Assembly: GCA_963823665.1 (NCBI GenBank)
Contig: CAWGMQ010000002.1
Location: 32,001-96,000 of the forward strand
DNA from: an uncultured Planctomycetota bacterium
GTDB lineage: Bacteria; Planctomycetota; Planctomycetia; Isosphaerales; Isosphaeraceae
DNA: 64,000 nt
Direction of reading: 5' to 3'
The notes below the pieces were generated by a model. The model worked only from the letters and a program-made list of their open reading frames with translations. It had not been told where the DNA came from and did no database searches. Position 1 is the stretch's first letter. Every line of letters begins with the position of its first letter. Made by a program: the position numbers and the translations under genes. Positions 21,536 through 33,900 of the stretch are shown in pieces.

Positions 21536-22830
21536 GACCGCACTCTGCTCATCTGCGACGTCGTTTCCGAGTGCTGCTCATACGGTTCGACAAGCTTGTA
21601 TTCCGGGTTGGCCTCGACGTACTGTTTGACCCGGTCGCGACGGTCAAGAGCCTTGGGGAGAAACTCCATCGCCTTTTCAATTCGGTCATTGGGCTCAGCA
21701 CAACTGAAACGCAGGAAACCCCGGCCGGCTTCGCCGAAGCATTCACCACCCAGGCAAGCAATTCCGAACCGATCGTCTGCACCCTCGAGAAGGTAGTAAG
21801 CCAGACCGTGCGAGGTGATTCGCAGCCTGTTACACACCGTGCGCACGTCGGGGAAGACATAAAAGGTGCCGGCTGGGCGGGCGACGCGGAACCCCTCGAC
21901 TCGTTGCAGACCTTCACAAAGACGCTCAACCTTGTCGCGGAACCGTTTCATATAGTCATCGCGAGTTTCTGTGTCACGCTCGAGGGCAGCTTCTGCGGCT
22001 CGTTGCGCAAACGGTGGCGTACACGACGCCGACGTGTTGATCAGCTTGCCGATCGCATCAACCACTTTCGGCGCCGCCACGGCGAATCCCAGCCGCCAGC
22101 CGCTCATGCTGTACGACTTGCTGAACGTGTACGCTGCCACGACGTGCTCGAGCATGCCCGGTTCAGCCAGGATCGACGTGTGCTGCCCGTCCCAGACCAT
22201 GTGGCAATACGGCTCGTCCGAGAAAACCATCAACTCGCTTCCGCGCACGATATCGGCAATTTCGGCCAGGTCGCCGCGAGTGGCCACGCCCCCAGTCGGA
22301 TTGTGAGGCGAGTTCAGCATGATCCCACGCGGCCTGGAATCGCTCGCGAGAAATCGCCGTACAGCCTCCGCCGACGGCCGAAAGTCCTGCTCGACCAGGA
22401 GCGGAGCAAGAACGGCCCGCGCCCCCCTCCGCTCGAGGTTCGGGATGTAGGTCGGAAACTGCGGGCTGAACACGAGTACCCCGTCTCCCGGGTCGAGCAC
22501 CGCCTCGGCAAAATACTGCTCGAACGGCTTTGCACCCGAACCGACGACTATATTCTCAGCCGTGACGGAATAACCAAACTCGCGCGAGACAAATCTCGCC
22601 GCTGCCGCACGAAAACTGGGCAGGCCCAGGCTCGGACAGTAGCCCGTCTCGTTATCCTCGATCGCCTTGATTCCCGCCTGCTTGGCGTGCGGAGTCGTGG
22701 GAAAAGGGCTGTCGCCGATCTCCAGCTCCACAACATCTTTACCTCTGGCACGAAGCTGCTGCGCAACCGCCAAGACCGTGAAAGCCGATTCAGCCGTCAA
22801 GTTGCGAGCGAGCGAGCTAAGTCCAGGCAT
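21532..22830 (-). CDS. PLP-dependent class I/II aminotransferase
   Basis: NSPHNPTG, SDEPY and SKSYSMSGWRLG motifs. Confidence 0.92.
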   Translation of the reverse strand: MPGLSSLARNLTAESAFTVLAVAQQLRARGKDVVELEIGDSPFPTTPHAKQAGIKAIEDNETGYCPSLGLPSFRAAAARFVSREFGYSVTAENIVVGSGAKPFEQYFAEAVLDPGDGVLVFSPQFPTYIPNLERRGARAVLAPLLVEQDFRPSAEAVRRFLASDSRPRGIMLNSPHNPTGGVATRGDLAEIADIVRGSELMVFSDEPYCHMVWDGQHTSILAEPGMLEHVVAAYTFSKSYSMSGWRLGFAVAAPKVVDAIGKLINTSASCTPPFAQRAAEAALERDTETRDDYMKRFRDKVERLCEGLQRVEGFRVARPAGTFYVFPDVRTVCNRLRITSHGLAYYLLEGADDRFGIACLGGECFGEAGRGFLRFSCAEPNDRIEKAMEFLPKALDRRDRVKQYVEANPEYKLVEPYEQHSETTSQMSRVRS

Positions 22831-22873
22831 GTATACCCCTGAATTCGAGAACGTCCGGCCGGGCACACCGAGC

Positions 22874-23617
22874 TCAGTGCGAGGCGATGGCCTGCACGAG
22901 CGGCTTCACGATCCGTGGAACGACCGATTGCTCCAGAAGTTCCTCGCCAATTTGCCGCTGCCGCCGAACCGCTTCTAGAAACGTTGTCTCCGGTCCACTC
23001 CCCCAGTATCGCCGCAGCGTGAAGTAGACGCTGATCTGGTCGTCGATGAACTCGCGCCCTCGAGGCGGAGCGGCACTTGTATGGTTCTCGATCAAGAGCT
23101 GGCACTGAAGACCGCCTGACTCGTCAAGTGCCAGAATCAGCGAAGGCTCGAATTTGACCACCTGCGACTTCGGAAGCTCGAATAGACCTTCCAGACCATG
23201 CCCAACGCCGATCGCCTCGGCAACGACCTCGTCGTGATTTCCGTCATAATGAAAGTCGAACTCGTACATGATTTCGACCGCCTCGCAATCCAGCGTGCTG
23301 ATCGTCAGCAGGTGCGGGGCCAGATCCAGCACCAACTCATGCTGCCGGAACGCAGCGTCCATCGTCTCCGGATTGAACTGCCCCGAGCACAATCGTCGTG
23401 GCTGAATCGCCAGCCACCGATGAGATTCCCGCTCTTTCTCGCTTTCCAGCACGAGATCCCCGTTCTCGCGTTTGAAAAAATGCTTTAACTCAGGGAATCC
23501 CTTACGCATCTGCTCGAAAAAGTGCAAAACCGTGTCGCGGTTGTTCGGCAACTCCATTTGCGTGATCAGGTGGACGTTAACATGAAACCCGTCGGCAATG
23601 CCAGTATAGCCGTTCAT
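22874..23617 (-). CDS. Hypothetical protein
   Basis: Long ORF with natural composition, co-oriented with neighbours; no motif recognised. Confidence 0.7.
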   Translation of the reverse strand: MNGYTGIADGFHVNVHLITQMELPNNRDTVLHFFEQMRKGFPELKHFFKRENGDLVLESEKERESHRWLAIQPRRLCSGQFNPETMDAAFRQHELVLDLAPHLLTISTLDCEAVEIMYEFDFHYDGNHDEVVAEAIGVGHGLEGLFELPKSQVVKFEPSLILALDESGGLQCQLLIENHTSAAPPRGREFIDDQISVYFTLRRYWGSGPETTFLEAVRRQRQIGEELLEQSVVPRIVKPLVQAIASH

Positions 23618-23796
23618 CCTTGTATTCCTGAAAACTCGGGGACACCCCGGCTTGATCGCAGAACGGTCAAGCCCAAGGCATGAAGCCAATCCCGAAGAAG
23701 CGAAGTTGCCAAGCTTATCTCCTGTTAATCCAATCTACCACACCCGGATTGATCAAGGAATGAATCCAGTTCCCACAGACGATCCACGAATCCGTC

Positions 23797-26700
23797 TCAG
23801 ACACGTGTCTTGCCCGTTTCTGGGTGCCGAAGGCGGATCGGACCGATCGTATCGGGTTCGACGTTCGGGTCAGTGAACACGCGGGCGTGCTGCCGCGGAA
23901 TGCGAGGTGGTAATCGAACCGGGAACGCAGTGCCATCCCTTCCGGAAGGAAATCGCGCGATGATCTGCCCATCGTCGACGCAAAGAGGAACCACGCGTTG
24001 ATGAGCGACCAGAACCATGGGAGGAATGACAGTCCCTGGCGGGTCGGTCCGTAGTGTTAATAACCACGGAAGCCCCGGTAGCCACGGTCGCTTGAGACAA
24101 TAAGAGACCGTCACTTCCGGATGCGGCCCGGGCAAGACCGTGGTAGCCGTCGGCTCTAGACCCGGCGAAATCGACCGGGCTGCGTCAAGGTTCACCACGC
24201 TGTAGACCCTGATATGCCAGGGGCCATTGTAGGGCGACGCCGATTCAGATCTGTCGCCGGGTGAGGGCAGGGGGGGCTCGGTCGAGCCTGCGGAATGCTC
24301 GGTGATCGGCAAGTTGAGAGTCCAGCATTCGTGACGATTATAGTCATCCCGCTTCACCATCTCATTGATCGCGCCCGGATCGTCCGGACCTTCCGGAGCC
24401 GTCCCCTGGCGAGCAACGATCAGGGTCGCATCGGCGACTCCCGTCCAGTTCCATCGTAGCGTCACGCGAACACCAAGCGTCGATGCTCCCAGGCCTTGGC
24501 CGGCACGAGTGGCGCGAAGCTCGGTGGGATCGGCGACCCGCGAAAACGCAACGCTATGCCCAACCGTCGCCATTTCACCCCACGCGACCAGCGGCGTGTA
24601 ATAGCAGTGGCCTTCGGATGGCGGATCCGGATCGATCGCGCGATCGGGAGCAACCGATTCGATCCAGCGGCCATCGAGTGCATTCGTCTGCCGGCCCGAA
24701 AGTCGTGTGCCGATCGCGTGTGGCAACGCCCCGGCTGTCCGTAGTACCCTGACCGACCCCCGCGCCGGCTCGACCCAGTCGATGCGAACCCGGCCGCTCG
24801 GTTCCACCAGAAGTCGCGGTGCCTCGAGCGTCGAGATTGGTGCCTGCGGCCGCGCCGATACAACCACCCCTGGGGCTGGGAACAGCTTGCCGTCAGCCAT
24901 CGCATAGATCGCGTAAATTCCGTAATGATAGACCTCGTTGGGGTCAAGGTTGCGGTCCAGCGTGTGGTCCAGCGCCGCTGGAATCCGGTCACCGTCCCGT
25001 GGACTCTTGGGCGGACCTCCCTGCTTCCGGATCACTCGCACCTCAGATACACCTCGAGGGAGCGACCAGCCGAGCTCGACCTCGCGATTTCGAAACTCGA
25101 CCCGAACATCTTTGACATCCGCAAGGAACAAAAACGGCCCGAGCGAGATCGCGGCAACTGATTCGACCGAGCCTCGTTTAGAGAGCACAGCGTATCCGAC
25201 CGTATCGCCAGGCGTCACGTGCATATCGTCAAACTCGCTGGTGCTCACCTCGGCGATGCGCGTTCCGTCACCGGGATGCTCGAGAGCTCCTCCTCGCTTA
25301 CGAACAACGACAAACGTCAGTGGGCCCAACCCGTCGGGCGGAGGAGGCGTCCACGAAAGACGGATCCGATCGCCCAGAACCTGTGCATCAAGCGAAGTGG
25401 CTGTCTCGGGTGGAGTTCGTTTCAACCCGGTTATCGCCTCTGGCAAGTCCGCCGCAATCGCCAGGCTCTGTCGATACAGGTATCTCGCCGCCGCCGCGTC
25501 GGTCCTCTCCATGCTTCGTGCCTTCGCCGCCAAAGCCTCTGCGCGAAGCAAGGCATTCGACAGGTCGGACCAGGCTGCCTGAAGGTCCGGCGACGCCGGA
25601 TCGACCATGCGGCTCCAGGCTTCGATAGCAGCACGGGCTGACACCAGCCGGCCTCCCGCACGCGCCGCCTGATAAGCGAGTTGCACCCGTCCAATATCCG
25701 CCTGTCTCTGCTTGATCTTGGCCACCCCACTCCGAGCACCAGGAAGATTTGGCACAATCTCCTGCACACGATCCAGATGCTCGAGCGCGCGTTCAAGGTC
25801 GAAATTGCGAAAGGCGCTTTGCGCGGCCTCAAAATGCCGCACCAGGGGCTCATGAAACGCCTGTCGAAACCCGCAGCCGCACCGGCGCTCATCAATCCAG
25901 AGATTGGCCTTGCACACCGGGCAATCCCATTTGAGCGACGCCCCGCAGTGCCGGCACCGCGCTGGGCCGGACTTCCGCGCAATCGGGCTCATTTCACTCA
26001 CACCCGTGCAGTGCCGGCACCGCAACAGACTCAACTTTGCCGAGCCGTTGACGTGCGATGTCGCCGCCCCAGCAGGAGAAATGCCCGCTCCAGAAGCAGC
26101 ATGATCAGTCGTCCCTCGATCGCGGGCGATGTTCGAGCGACGGCAGATGCGGCCAACCAGTCGATCGGCCCGCTCGGATGCGATCCCTAACCGGGCGCCT
26201 TCTTCGACCAGGACGGATGTTGTTCCCTGATCAAGCCGCTTGAGCCCCTTGAGCGCAAACTCAGCCAGCGATTCGAACGACTCCTCTGCCTCCAGAGCCA
26301 GTGTCTGGTCGTACCTCGCCCGCGCTTTGCCCGAAGTCAGATGCGACTGGGCATGGTTGATGACCTCGAGCCACGCGGTCTTCTCGGCTGTGACCTGTGC
26401 TTTTTTCATCCACCGCTGTCGCTCGGCATCGGCGCGGGCAACAATATAAGAACCTGGCGCGTCGCGACTGACTCCGAGAGCATCATACAGATCCAGACAC
26501 CCAAGGTGTTCGAGCGCAGCCCGTATCTGCCGCCTTGTCGACGGATCGAGCGTTTCGCGGCGATCGTCGTCGTCCAGCTCGGGCCCGGTCTCGACGACCT
26601 CACTCTCGACGAGCTCCGGAATCGGCCGTGTCGCTCGAATAACGTCTTCGTCGCTCAATCCCAGATTCGCCGCCTCTTCGCTCAGGAGCCGCCGATCCGT

Positions 26701-27006
26701 CGCCGTGAGCCCTCCTTTGGCGGCACGAAGGTTCACGCGACGGAGCAACAAGTCGAGCTTCCGCTCTCGCTCGGCCACCTGAACCATGGCGAGTTCGGCG
26801 TCGTACGCCGCTCGGGAAGCAGGATCGCTCAGAACCGCCTTGCGCAGCGCGGGAATCTCATCGAGATAGAGTTGATTGGCGTGCCGCGTCTTGGGGTTTC
26901 GGGTTCCCATGGACCAGACCGGCTGCATGCGTTTGAGCGCGCCCTCGATCTCGGCCCGATCGGCCCCCGGATCAACCCCTAGCCTCGCATAGTAGTCTGG
27001 AACCAT
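23797..27006 (-). CDS. Multidomain protein: J-like domains, zinc ribbons, TPR-like helices and fibronectin type III-like repeats
   Basis: PDYYARLGV and DLYDALGV J-like starts without HPD; CRHC, CRHC, CPVC and CGC motifs; LSWTPP, LGWSLP, IDW and LRW FN3-like repeats. Confidence 0.75.
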   Translation of the reverse strand: MVPDYYARLGVDPGADRAEIEGALKRMQPVWSMGTRNPKTRHANQLYLDEIPALRKAVLSDPASRAAYDAELAMVQVAERERKLDLLLRRVNLRAAKGGLTATDRRLLSEEAANLGLSDEDVIRATRPIPELVESEVVETGPELDDDDRRETLDPSTRRQIRAALEHLGCLDLYDALGVSRDAPGSYIVARADAERQRWMKKAQVTAEKTAWLEVINHAQSHLTSGKARARYDQTLALEAEESFESLAEFALKGLKRLDQGTTSVLVEEGARLGIASERADRLVGRICRRSNIARDRGTTDHAASGAGISPAGAATSHVNGSAKLSLLRCRHCTGVSEMSPIARKSGPARCRHCGASLKWDCPVCKANLWIDERRCGCGFRQAFHEPLVRHFEAAQSAFRNFDLERALEHLDRVQEIVPNLPGARSGVAKIKQRQADIGRVQLAYQAARAGGRLVSARAAIEAWSRMVDPASPDLQAAWSDLSNALLRAEALAAKARSMERTDAAAARYLYRQSLAIAADLPEAITGLKRTPPETATSLDAQVLGDRIRLSWTPPPPDGLGPLTFVVVRKRGGALEHPGDGTRIAEVSTSEFDDMHVTPGDTVGYAVLSKRGSVESVAAISLGPFLFLADVKDVRVEFRNREVELGWSLPRGVSEVRVIRKQGGPPKSPRDGDRIPAALDHTLDRNLDPNEVYHYGIYAIYAMADGKLFPAPGVVVSARPQAPISTLEAPRLLVEPSGRVRIDWVEPARGSVRVLRTAGALPHAIGTRLSGRQTNALDGRWIESVAPDRAIDPDPPSEGHCYYTPLVAWGEMATVGHSVAFSRVADPTELRATRAGQGLGASTLGVRVTLRWNWTGVADATLIVARQGTAPEGPDDPGAINEMVKRDDYNRHECWTLNLPITEHSAGSTEPPLPSPGDRSESASPYNGPWHIRVYSVVNLDAARSISPGLEPTATTVLPGPHPEVTVSYCLKRPWLPGLPWLLTLRTDPPGTVIPPMVLVAHQRVVPLCVDDGQIIARFPSGRDGTAFPVRLPPRIPRQHARVFTDPNVEPDTIGPIRLRHPETGKTRV

Positions 27007-27319
27007 CGTTGCATTCGTCTGGGCTTTTCGTCATTTGCCCCCGGCTTGCGATCTCCTCGCCCGTCGAGACCTGAACGTGCAAATCAGAAAATCATTGTCG
27101 AGCAATTGTCTCAAAACGTCCAGTCGCTGGGTGAAACCACGATCGTCGTCTTCTGGCAAGAGCTCTGAGCATGCGCCAAGTACTCTAGATTCGCCTGAAA
27201 ATCGTCCCGAAAGCTACGCCAAACCGCCCCTACCAAGTTACAATCGCTCCTGGGAAGCCCCAACATTTACCCAAACCATCCCCGATCCACGCCCGCGACC
27301 GAACGCCTGGGAGCCCGCC

Positions 27320-27778
27320 ATGACACCTGCCGTTCATTTGACAGTGGATATCCGAAACGGCCGGAAATGCGTATCGACTGGCTCACCGTGGGAACCCGTT
27401 GTCGGCTACTCGCGAGCGACACGGGAGGGAGATTTCATATTCGTCACCGGCACGTTGGGGCTCGAGCCCGATGGCCGGTTCGGTCCGACCCTCAAGGATC
27501 AGACGCGCCGGGCTCTGGCGATAGTCATTGCGGCGATCGAGGCGCTCGGCGGCCGAGCCTCCGATGTCGTCAGGACCCGCATCTACGTGACCGACATCTC
27601 CCGCTGGCGTGAAGCCGCCGACATTCACAGCGAGTATTTCGAGTCAATCCGTCCAGCGACGACGATGGTTCAAATCGCCAAGCTGATTGACGACAGGGCC
27701 ATGGTGGAAATCGAGGCCGATGCGATCGTTCGTCATGAGCCCCACGACCCAGCCCCGCAGAACCCGGCAACTCACTGA
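27320..27778 (+). CDS. RidA/YjgF family protein
   Basis: WEPVVGYSRA, VVRTRIYV, RPATTMV and VEIEADA motifs. Confidence 0.9.
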   Translation: MTPAVHLTVDIRNGRKCVSTGSPWEPVVGYSRATREGDFIFVTGTLGLEPDGRFGPTLKDQTRRALAIVIAAIEALGGRASDVVRTRIYVTDISRWREAADIHSEYFESIRPATTMVQIAKLIDDRAMVEIEADAIVRHEPHDPAPQNPATH

Positions 27779-27824
27779 GCTCCGTCGACCGAGAACCATT
27801 CACCGACACCGACACCTTCCCCGT

Positions 27825-28286
27825 TCACTGCCGACGGATTTCCGCGGGCACCGCACGCCCGGCCAGATAATACACGTAAGCCGTAACCGCGTTTACCTCA
27901 GGAGGGTCGAGAACCCGGCTCCAACCCTCCATTCTGGTGTTGGGCACTCCTCGGCCGATAACGGCAACAACCTGTGCGGGACTGTCGCCGTGCTTCCATA
28001 CATCGTCCGTGAGGTTGCCTACCGGCGGGCCGATCAATTGCCCGGCAAGCGGGCCGTCGCCCCGCCCGTCATTTCCGTGGCATGCCACGCAACGCGCCAG
28101 GTAGATGAGCCGGCCCTGGCTGAGCAATGGGTCTCTCGCAACCTCAGGGGGAGCCGGCCTTGCCGGCTTGCTCAGGATCCGGAAGCCGATGAAACCCCCG
28201 GCGACGAGCGCCGCCATCGCCAGAACAATCAGCCCGGAGATCCAGGGACCGGAGCTGCCGCCAGAGGCTCTTGTCGGAGCTAGCAT
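27825..28286 (-). CDS. Membrane-anchored monoheme cytochrome c
   Basis: N-terminal TM helix, CVACH heme motif and distal Met (TRMEGW). Confidence 0.88.
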   Translation of the reverse strand: MLAPTRASGGSSGPWISGLIVLAMAALVAGGFIGFRILSKPARPAPPEVARDPLLSQGRLIYLARCVACHGNDGRGDGPLAGQLIGPPVGNLTDDVWKHGDSPAQVVAVIGRGVPNTRMEGWSRVLDPPEVNAVTAYVYYLAGRAVPAEIRRQ

Positions 28287-28353
28287 GATCACTGAACACC
28301 CGCCTTGCTCCCGAGACGTGAAAACTCCAGAAGACACTCGACAGCGGATAACT

Positions 28354-30892
28354 TCAGAAATCGTCGGGGGCGATCACCTCGCCCAGATTCCGCGTGATCA
28401 GCCATCGAAACTTCTTGGGGTCGATCGTGTCCTTGATGAATCGCACCGACCCGTCTCCCATCGCGGCATTGAAGCCACCGGGGTGGGCAGACCCGGCTCC
28501 GCACAGAGACGGCGCGGCCGCGGGATCAAACATCAGATCATCAGGTTTTGTCCACGAAACCGCATTCTTGGCTTCCACCACCAACAGTGTATGCGACGTG
28601 CCGTCAGTCACGTCGCCCATCCCAACGTCTTGATCCTTCTCGAATATCGCGTTCTTTCCGACGATTACCTGGTAACAGGTCGTGAATGAGTCTGGCTTGA
28701 CTCGGTCGGGGCACAAATAAACCGAAGGCATTTCCTTGATGAGAGCTCTGTTGCGGCACACTATCCCACGGTTCGTCCAGATTGAATTTATTGTACAGCT
28801 CCTGGTAGCCCAGGTACGGCAGAATCGCGACCCGCCAGCTTAGAAGCGGCTTTCCGTTCTCGCTCCAGCCTGCAGCCCTTGGGAATTTAGTATTGACGGC
28901 AATGTAGTTGTGCATTGCCAGCGCGATCTGCTTCAGATTGTTCACGCACTGCGCCCGTCGCGCAGCATCCATAGCGGCCCGAATTATTGGCACACTGTAA
29001 GCGATCACAGCCGCCACCGCAGCCGGTGAACTGATTGCAGGAATCGCCTCGCGATGGCACAGGATGGCCCCCTCTCCATCGACGGTCACCGTGGTCGACG
29101 ACGGACCGAGTCGAGCGTTAATCTCCTCTACCTTCGGAATCATTTCAGGATCGAGCCGCAGGTAAACGTCTTTCGCATTCTTTCCGGCTCCGCGCTCTCG
29201 CAGCTCGATCTCGGCGTTGACTTGACGGATCAGCACCGGCAGGCTCGCAATCAGCACCGGTGCTGCCGGGCGTGGATCGGCGAGTCTCATGTAGATCATC
29301 TGGGCCGGAAGCCTTTGCACGCAGGGGACAAACACTTCCGGCGGTTTCCATGATCGACCGCCGGCCAGTGCACGTTGAGCTGCGTCATCCGAAGCGGCCA
29401 TCACCAGCTCGTTCTCGCCGACAATCACCGTCGGCCGCAAAAGCATCGAGTAGGGCGGAACCAACGAATTCGGTGGCCAATCGATCGCGTACGCGGGATG
29501 GGGAGGCCCGGCTGTCCTGTGGAAGGAGAGCGAAGCCGCGATCAGCCATTGCCGGTTGCGCCCACCGAATCGAAAACGCTGCCTCATGAACGGGCCGAAT
29601 GACCTCATGAGCGGATCGATCGCCCGGCCCACTTTATCGTGGTCCCGAATCTCAACTGAGAACGTAGACCCCGACGCGCGCGAGGCCGCGAGTTCGGCTG
29701 CGTTGTTTGATTCGCCTGGAGTATCGGATTGCGTGTAGAACGCCAGCTTCGGGCCGAGATTCGCCAGTAAGTCCCTGCGCAGATCCAGGCCTTGCTGTTC
29801 CAGGATCACCGGGTTTTTGAGCCCCGTTGCCCCGTTCGGTCCGCTCAACTTGATCACGGAGTCGACCAGGTCGTAACTCTTCGCCAGGTTGATTGACATC
29901 ACCGTCAGGCCGTTCACCTTTGCCGGAATGCGAGGAAGCGACCCGATCCCGAAGCTCGGCTGGTCCAGGAGCGCAAGTGCTCCTGTCCGAGGCGCTGGTG
30001 CCACCACTCGAACCGTGTAGAGCAGCGCGTCTTGATCGAATCCCCACTTCAATTCGACCCGCCTCAGGCCGCCTAAACCGAGTTGAGTCATCTCCGACGA
30101 AAGTGGCGCGAGCACTTGGGCGTCGAGAAATCCGCCCGCAAGAGGCTCGAAGCCCTCTTGCCCCTTGAACGACTCGATGCGCAGCGGATGATCATCCGCG
30201 CTCGGCCGCCGGCCTTCGATCACGTCCACAATCTCCTCAACCTTGGCGTTCTCTGTCAGCAAGAGTACGTCGTTCTCCACCCACCAAACCTGATCGGCTC
30301 CGAATCGATGAAGCGTGCGACCGGCCTTTCCAGGCGCGCCAGGTTCACCCTTCTCTAGAGCCTCGCCGTGAAGCCTCTCGGCCAGGGCCGCCAGCACGGT
30401 CTTCAGCTCAGGCTGATCACCTTTACGCAGGATGACAACATACCGCGACTTCTCTGGCGGTTTGCCAGACAACGCAATAGCAAACCCATGCTGCGCAATT
30501 CGTTTCAGTACATCGACGGCATCCACTCCCTTGAATCGAACCTTGCTCGGGACGGTCTCCTGGTAGACTTCGATGGCCTGTATTGCCATGTCTTCCAGAA
30601 GAGCGCCGAGCTTGGTTTCAGTTAGCAGCCGCGAAGCCGCCGTCTTCTGCCAGGCCGCCGCCTGCGCTTCGAGGCCTTTGAATTCCAGGTACAGCAGTAA
30701 GTCCTCGCGCGGAACGTAGCTTGCCAGCGAAGGCGATGATTTCCGTGCAGCAGCTTCCTTTGGTTTCTCGTCCTGAGCACAAGCAGTACCGACGAGGATT
30801 GACACCGCCAGGATCGGACCGATGCCGACGGCACAAGCCCGCGGCGATCGGTTCTGGCCAAGCTGCATGAACCAGAGGATGGTGCGGCTCAT
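28354..30892 (-). CDS. DUF1559-containing planctomycete protein with large N-terminal domain; frameshift near 28760
   Basis: AARRAQCVNNLKQIALAMHNY...LSWRVAILPY continues in the next frame to HPGGFNAAMGDGSVRF (H-X9-DG). Confidence 0.85.
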
Positions 30893-30993
30893 GTACGTTT
30901 CCTGTGCTCGCAAAGTCTCAGGTGTAACGAGATGGTCCAGGATATCCGCGAGTGTGCAGGCGTTCCATCTCGAATCTCGTCTTTGCTCACCAC

Positions 30994-33900
30994 TTACGCT
31001 CGCGCGACGGGCAATATCACGCGAACGCATGTTCCCCGTCCGGCAACACTCTCGACCTGTAGGCGGCCTCCGTGGTCCTGGATGATTCCAAGCGTGATGG
31101 AGAGCCCAAGCCCGGTGCCGTCGCCAACGCCCTTTGTTGTAAAGAACGGAGTAAAGATACGGGGAAGGTCCTCATCCGGAATTCCGCAACCGTTGTCGCT
31201 GATCTCCACGAAAACCTCACCGGATTTCTCCTCGGACACGATCGTGATGCGGCCATCACCGCGGCCGGTCGTCTCGATCGCCTGCACTGCGTTGACCAGC
31301 AGATTCAAGAAAACCTGATTGAGCTGCGCGGGCGAGCCGGCCACGAGAGGTGACTCGCCCTTGGGCTCAAGAACCGTGATCCCATATCGATCCAGCCGCC
31401 CTCGCAGCATTTCGAGAGCCGCTAGTATTGCTTCATGGACGTCTGCCTGATCGTCTTGGGCGCAATCAACGCGTGCGAAGCCGCGAAGGTTTTGCACGAT
31501 GTCGGCCACCCGCTTCACTCCTTGCCTGGTGCGCAGCACAATCTGCTCCAGATTCTCCCGCACATAGGCAAGGTCAAACTCTGCCGCGAGCCCCTCGATT
31601 TGACTTTGCAAGTCAGGATGAGCCGTCGCAAAACGATCTCCGGACTGCTCGTACAGTGCGAGCAGCCTCAGCAAGAACCGCGAATCTCGTTCAAGTACAG
31701 CCAGGTTCGTCCCGATGTACGCCAGCGGATTGTTGATCTCATGCGCGATTCCCGCGGAAAGCATTCCCAGGGACGCGAGCTTCTCCGACTGGACAACACG
31801 TGCGCGCATCTGATGACGCTCGATGAACTGTCCAATCTGGGAGGCCAGATTGAGCGTCATCTCAAGCAGATCCGGGTCATTTTCACGCGGAGCGATTGCG
31901 AAGAATTCCAGCACGCCCAGGCAATCGCCCCGGAGAAGGATGGGCACGCCGAAGGCCGTCCGAAATCCATCCGCCTCGGCAGCCGACCGGCGAAGAAAGC
32001 TCAAGTCAGCCCCGAGATCGGAAATCCATTCCGGCTCGGCGCGATCCCAAACCCGCCCCGTAAGACCGACCCCGCGTTCCATCACGATTTCATTATTCAT
32101 GGACTCAAGAGCTGATTTCTCCGCGCTTGGCCGTCTCCAGACCGCTCCACAGCGCAGTGATTGGGCGAGTGTATCAACTCTCCAGAACGCTCCCAGGTCC
32201 CAGTCGAGGCACTCACAGATCGTCTGCAGGATCTTCGGAATGGATTCGCCGGGCGAGTCTGCCTCGGCCAGAACACGTGTCGTCTCATATTGCGCTGCGA
32301 GTCTTCGTTCCGACTTCTTCCGTCGAGTGATATCGTGCAATACAGCCACTCCGCCCTGAAGCGTTCCGTGCTCGTCGCGCAGTGGTCGGCCGGTGACAAG
32401 GATCCAGGTCCCGTCGTCCCGGCTTGGATACGCTACGTAGAGTTCGGCTTGGTCCATTGACTCGCCGCGAATCGCACGCACGAGCGGCAAATCGGCGACG
32501 GGATACGGGGTCGCGCGATCGGGCAGAAAGATCTCATATTGACGCGACCAATCCTCGGCTGCGGCATCGCTCTTTCCCTGGCCCATGATCCTCGCTGCGG
32601 CTGGGTTGAAAACCAGGAACCGTGAATTCGAATCGGCAACGACTACGCCGTCGCCCATGCAGTCCAGCACAGACTGCAAGATCCTGGTCTTTGCACGCAG
32701 CGCCAGCTCGGATCGAGCGAGCTCCTGGGCATGCTGTTCCTGCGTCTCATTCAGCCGCCGGATCTCCTCCACTTGACGAAGACCCGCGAGCGCCCGCGCC
32801 GTGTGGTTTGCAAGGGTCTCGAGCGGGCGCAAGTCAATCTGGCTGGGATCAAACGGTCGAAGCGACGCCACTTGAAGAGTGCCCAGCACGTGATCGCTTA
32901 CGAGCGGCACGATGATCTGACCGCGAATACCCGAAAGGGCAATCGCACCCGAATCGCACCGTGGGTCGTCCCGGGAGTCTGGAATGACGACCGCACGGCT
33001 GTCGCGCACCACCTCGGCCAGGATGTCTTCCCCCGCGATCGAACGTACCGTCAGCTCCACGATCCCGGTCATCCGTCCCGTGGCTCGCGCCGCCCTGATC
33101 ACTCCGGCAGACCGATCGACGAACGAAATCATTGCCTGGTCATATCCGAGCCGCGAGCAGAAGTGCAGAACGGAATCCAGCGTCTTCTCGAAGTTGTCCG
33201 GGTCCAGACGAGAGGTCAGATATCCGGAAGAACGCATCGAGCATGTCGCGGGCCGCTTCCAGGTCACGCGTCCGCTCCGAGATTCGTCGCTCGAGTTCCG
33301 AATGCGAGCGTTCCAGCTCTTCCGTCATGCGGTTGAATGTGCTGCTTAGCACGCCCAGTTCGTCTGACGAGTGAACCTTGCTTCGAACCGAAAGATCGCC
33401 CGCGGCAACAGCGGACGACGTTCTCGCAAGCTGGCGAATTGGCCTTGCGAACCGGCGCGCGATCAAATTCGACGCGCCCAGTCCCAGCACGAGGGCAGCA
33501 ACGCCAAGTGCCGAAAGCAGCCATTGCAACTGCCGGACGGACGCATGCGCTTCACTTGTGTCCATCTTGGCGATAAGTCCCCAGCCGGTGAATCCTCGGC
33601 CAATGGGTCGATAGGCTACCAGCACGTCCTGACCGCGGTAGTCTGTCGTCCGCTCGTGGCCAATCTCCCCCCGGCTCGCGGCCGCCAGCGACGGCAGTCG
33701 GCTGGCAATCACTTCAGCCAGTGGAAATGGTCCCGGACGCAGACCTCGCGTCGGTGTAATCAACTGGATCGCCTCGCCGTTCTTGACTCCCACCAGTACC
33801 TCTCCGCTCTCGTCCAGGCCCGTCGGATCCATGAGCATCGAAGCGATCGGGCTGAAGTCGACCAGCACCATCACGGTTCCGAGAAGTTTGTGATTACCAT

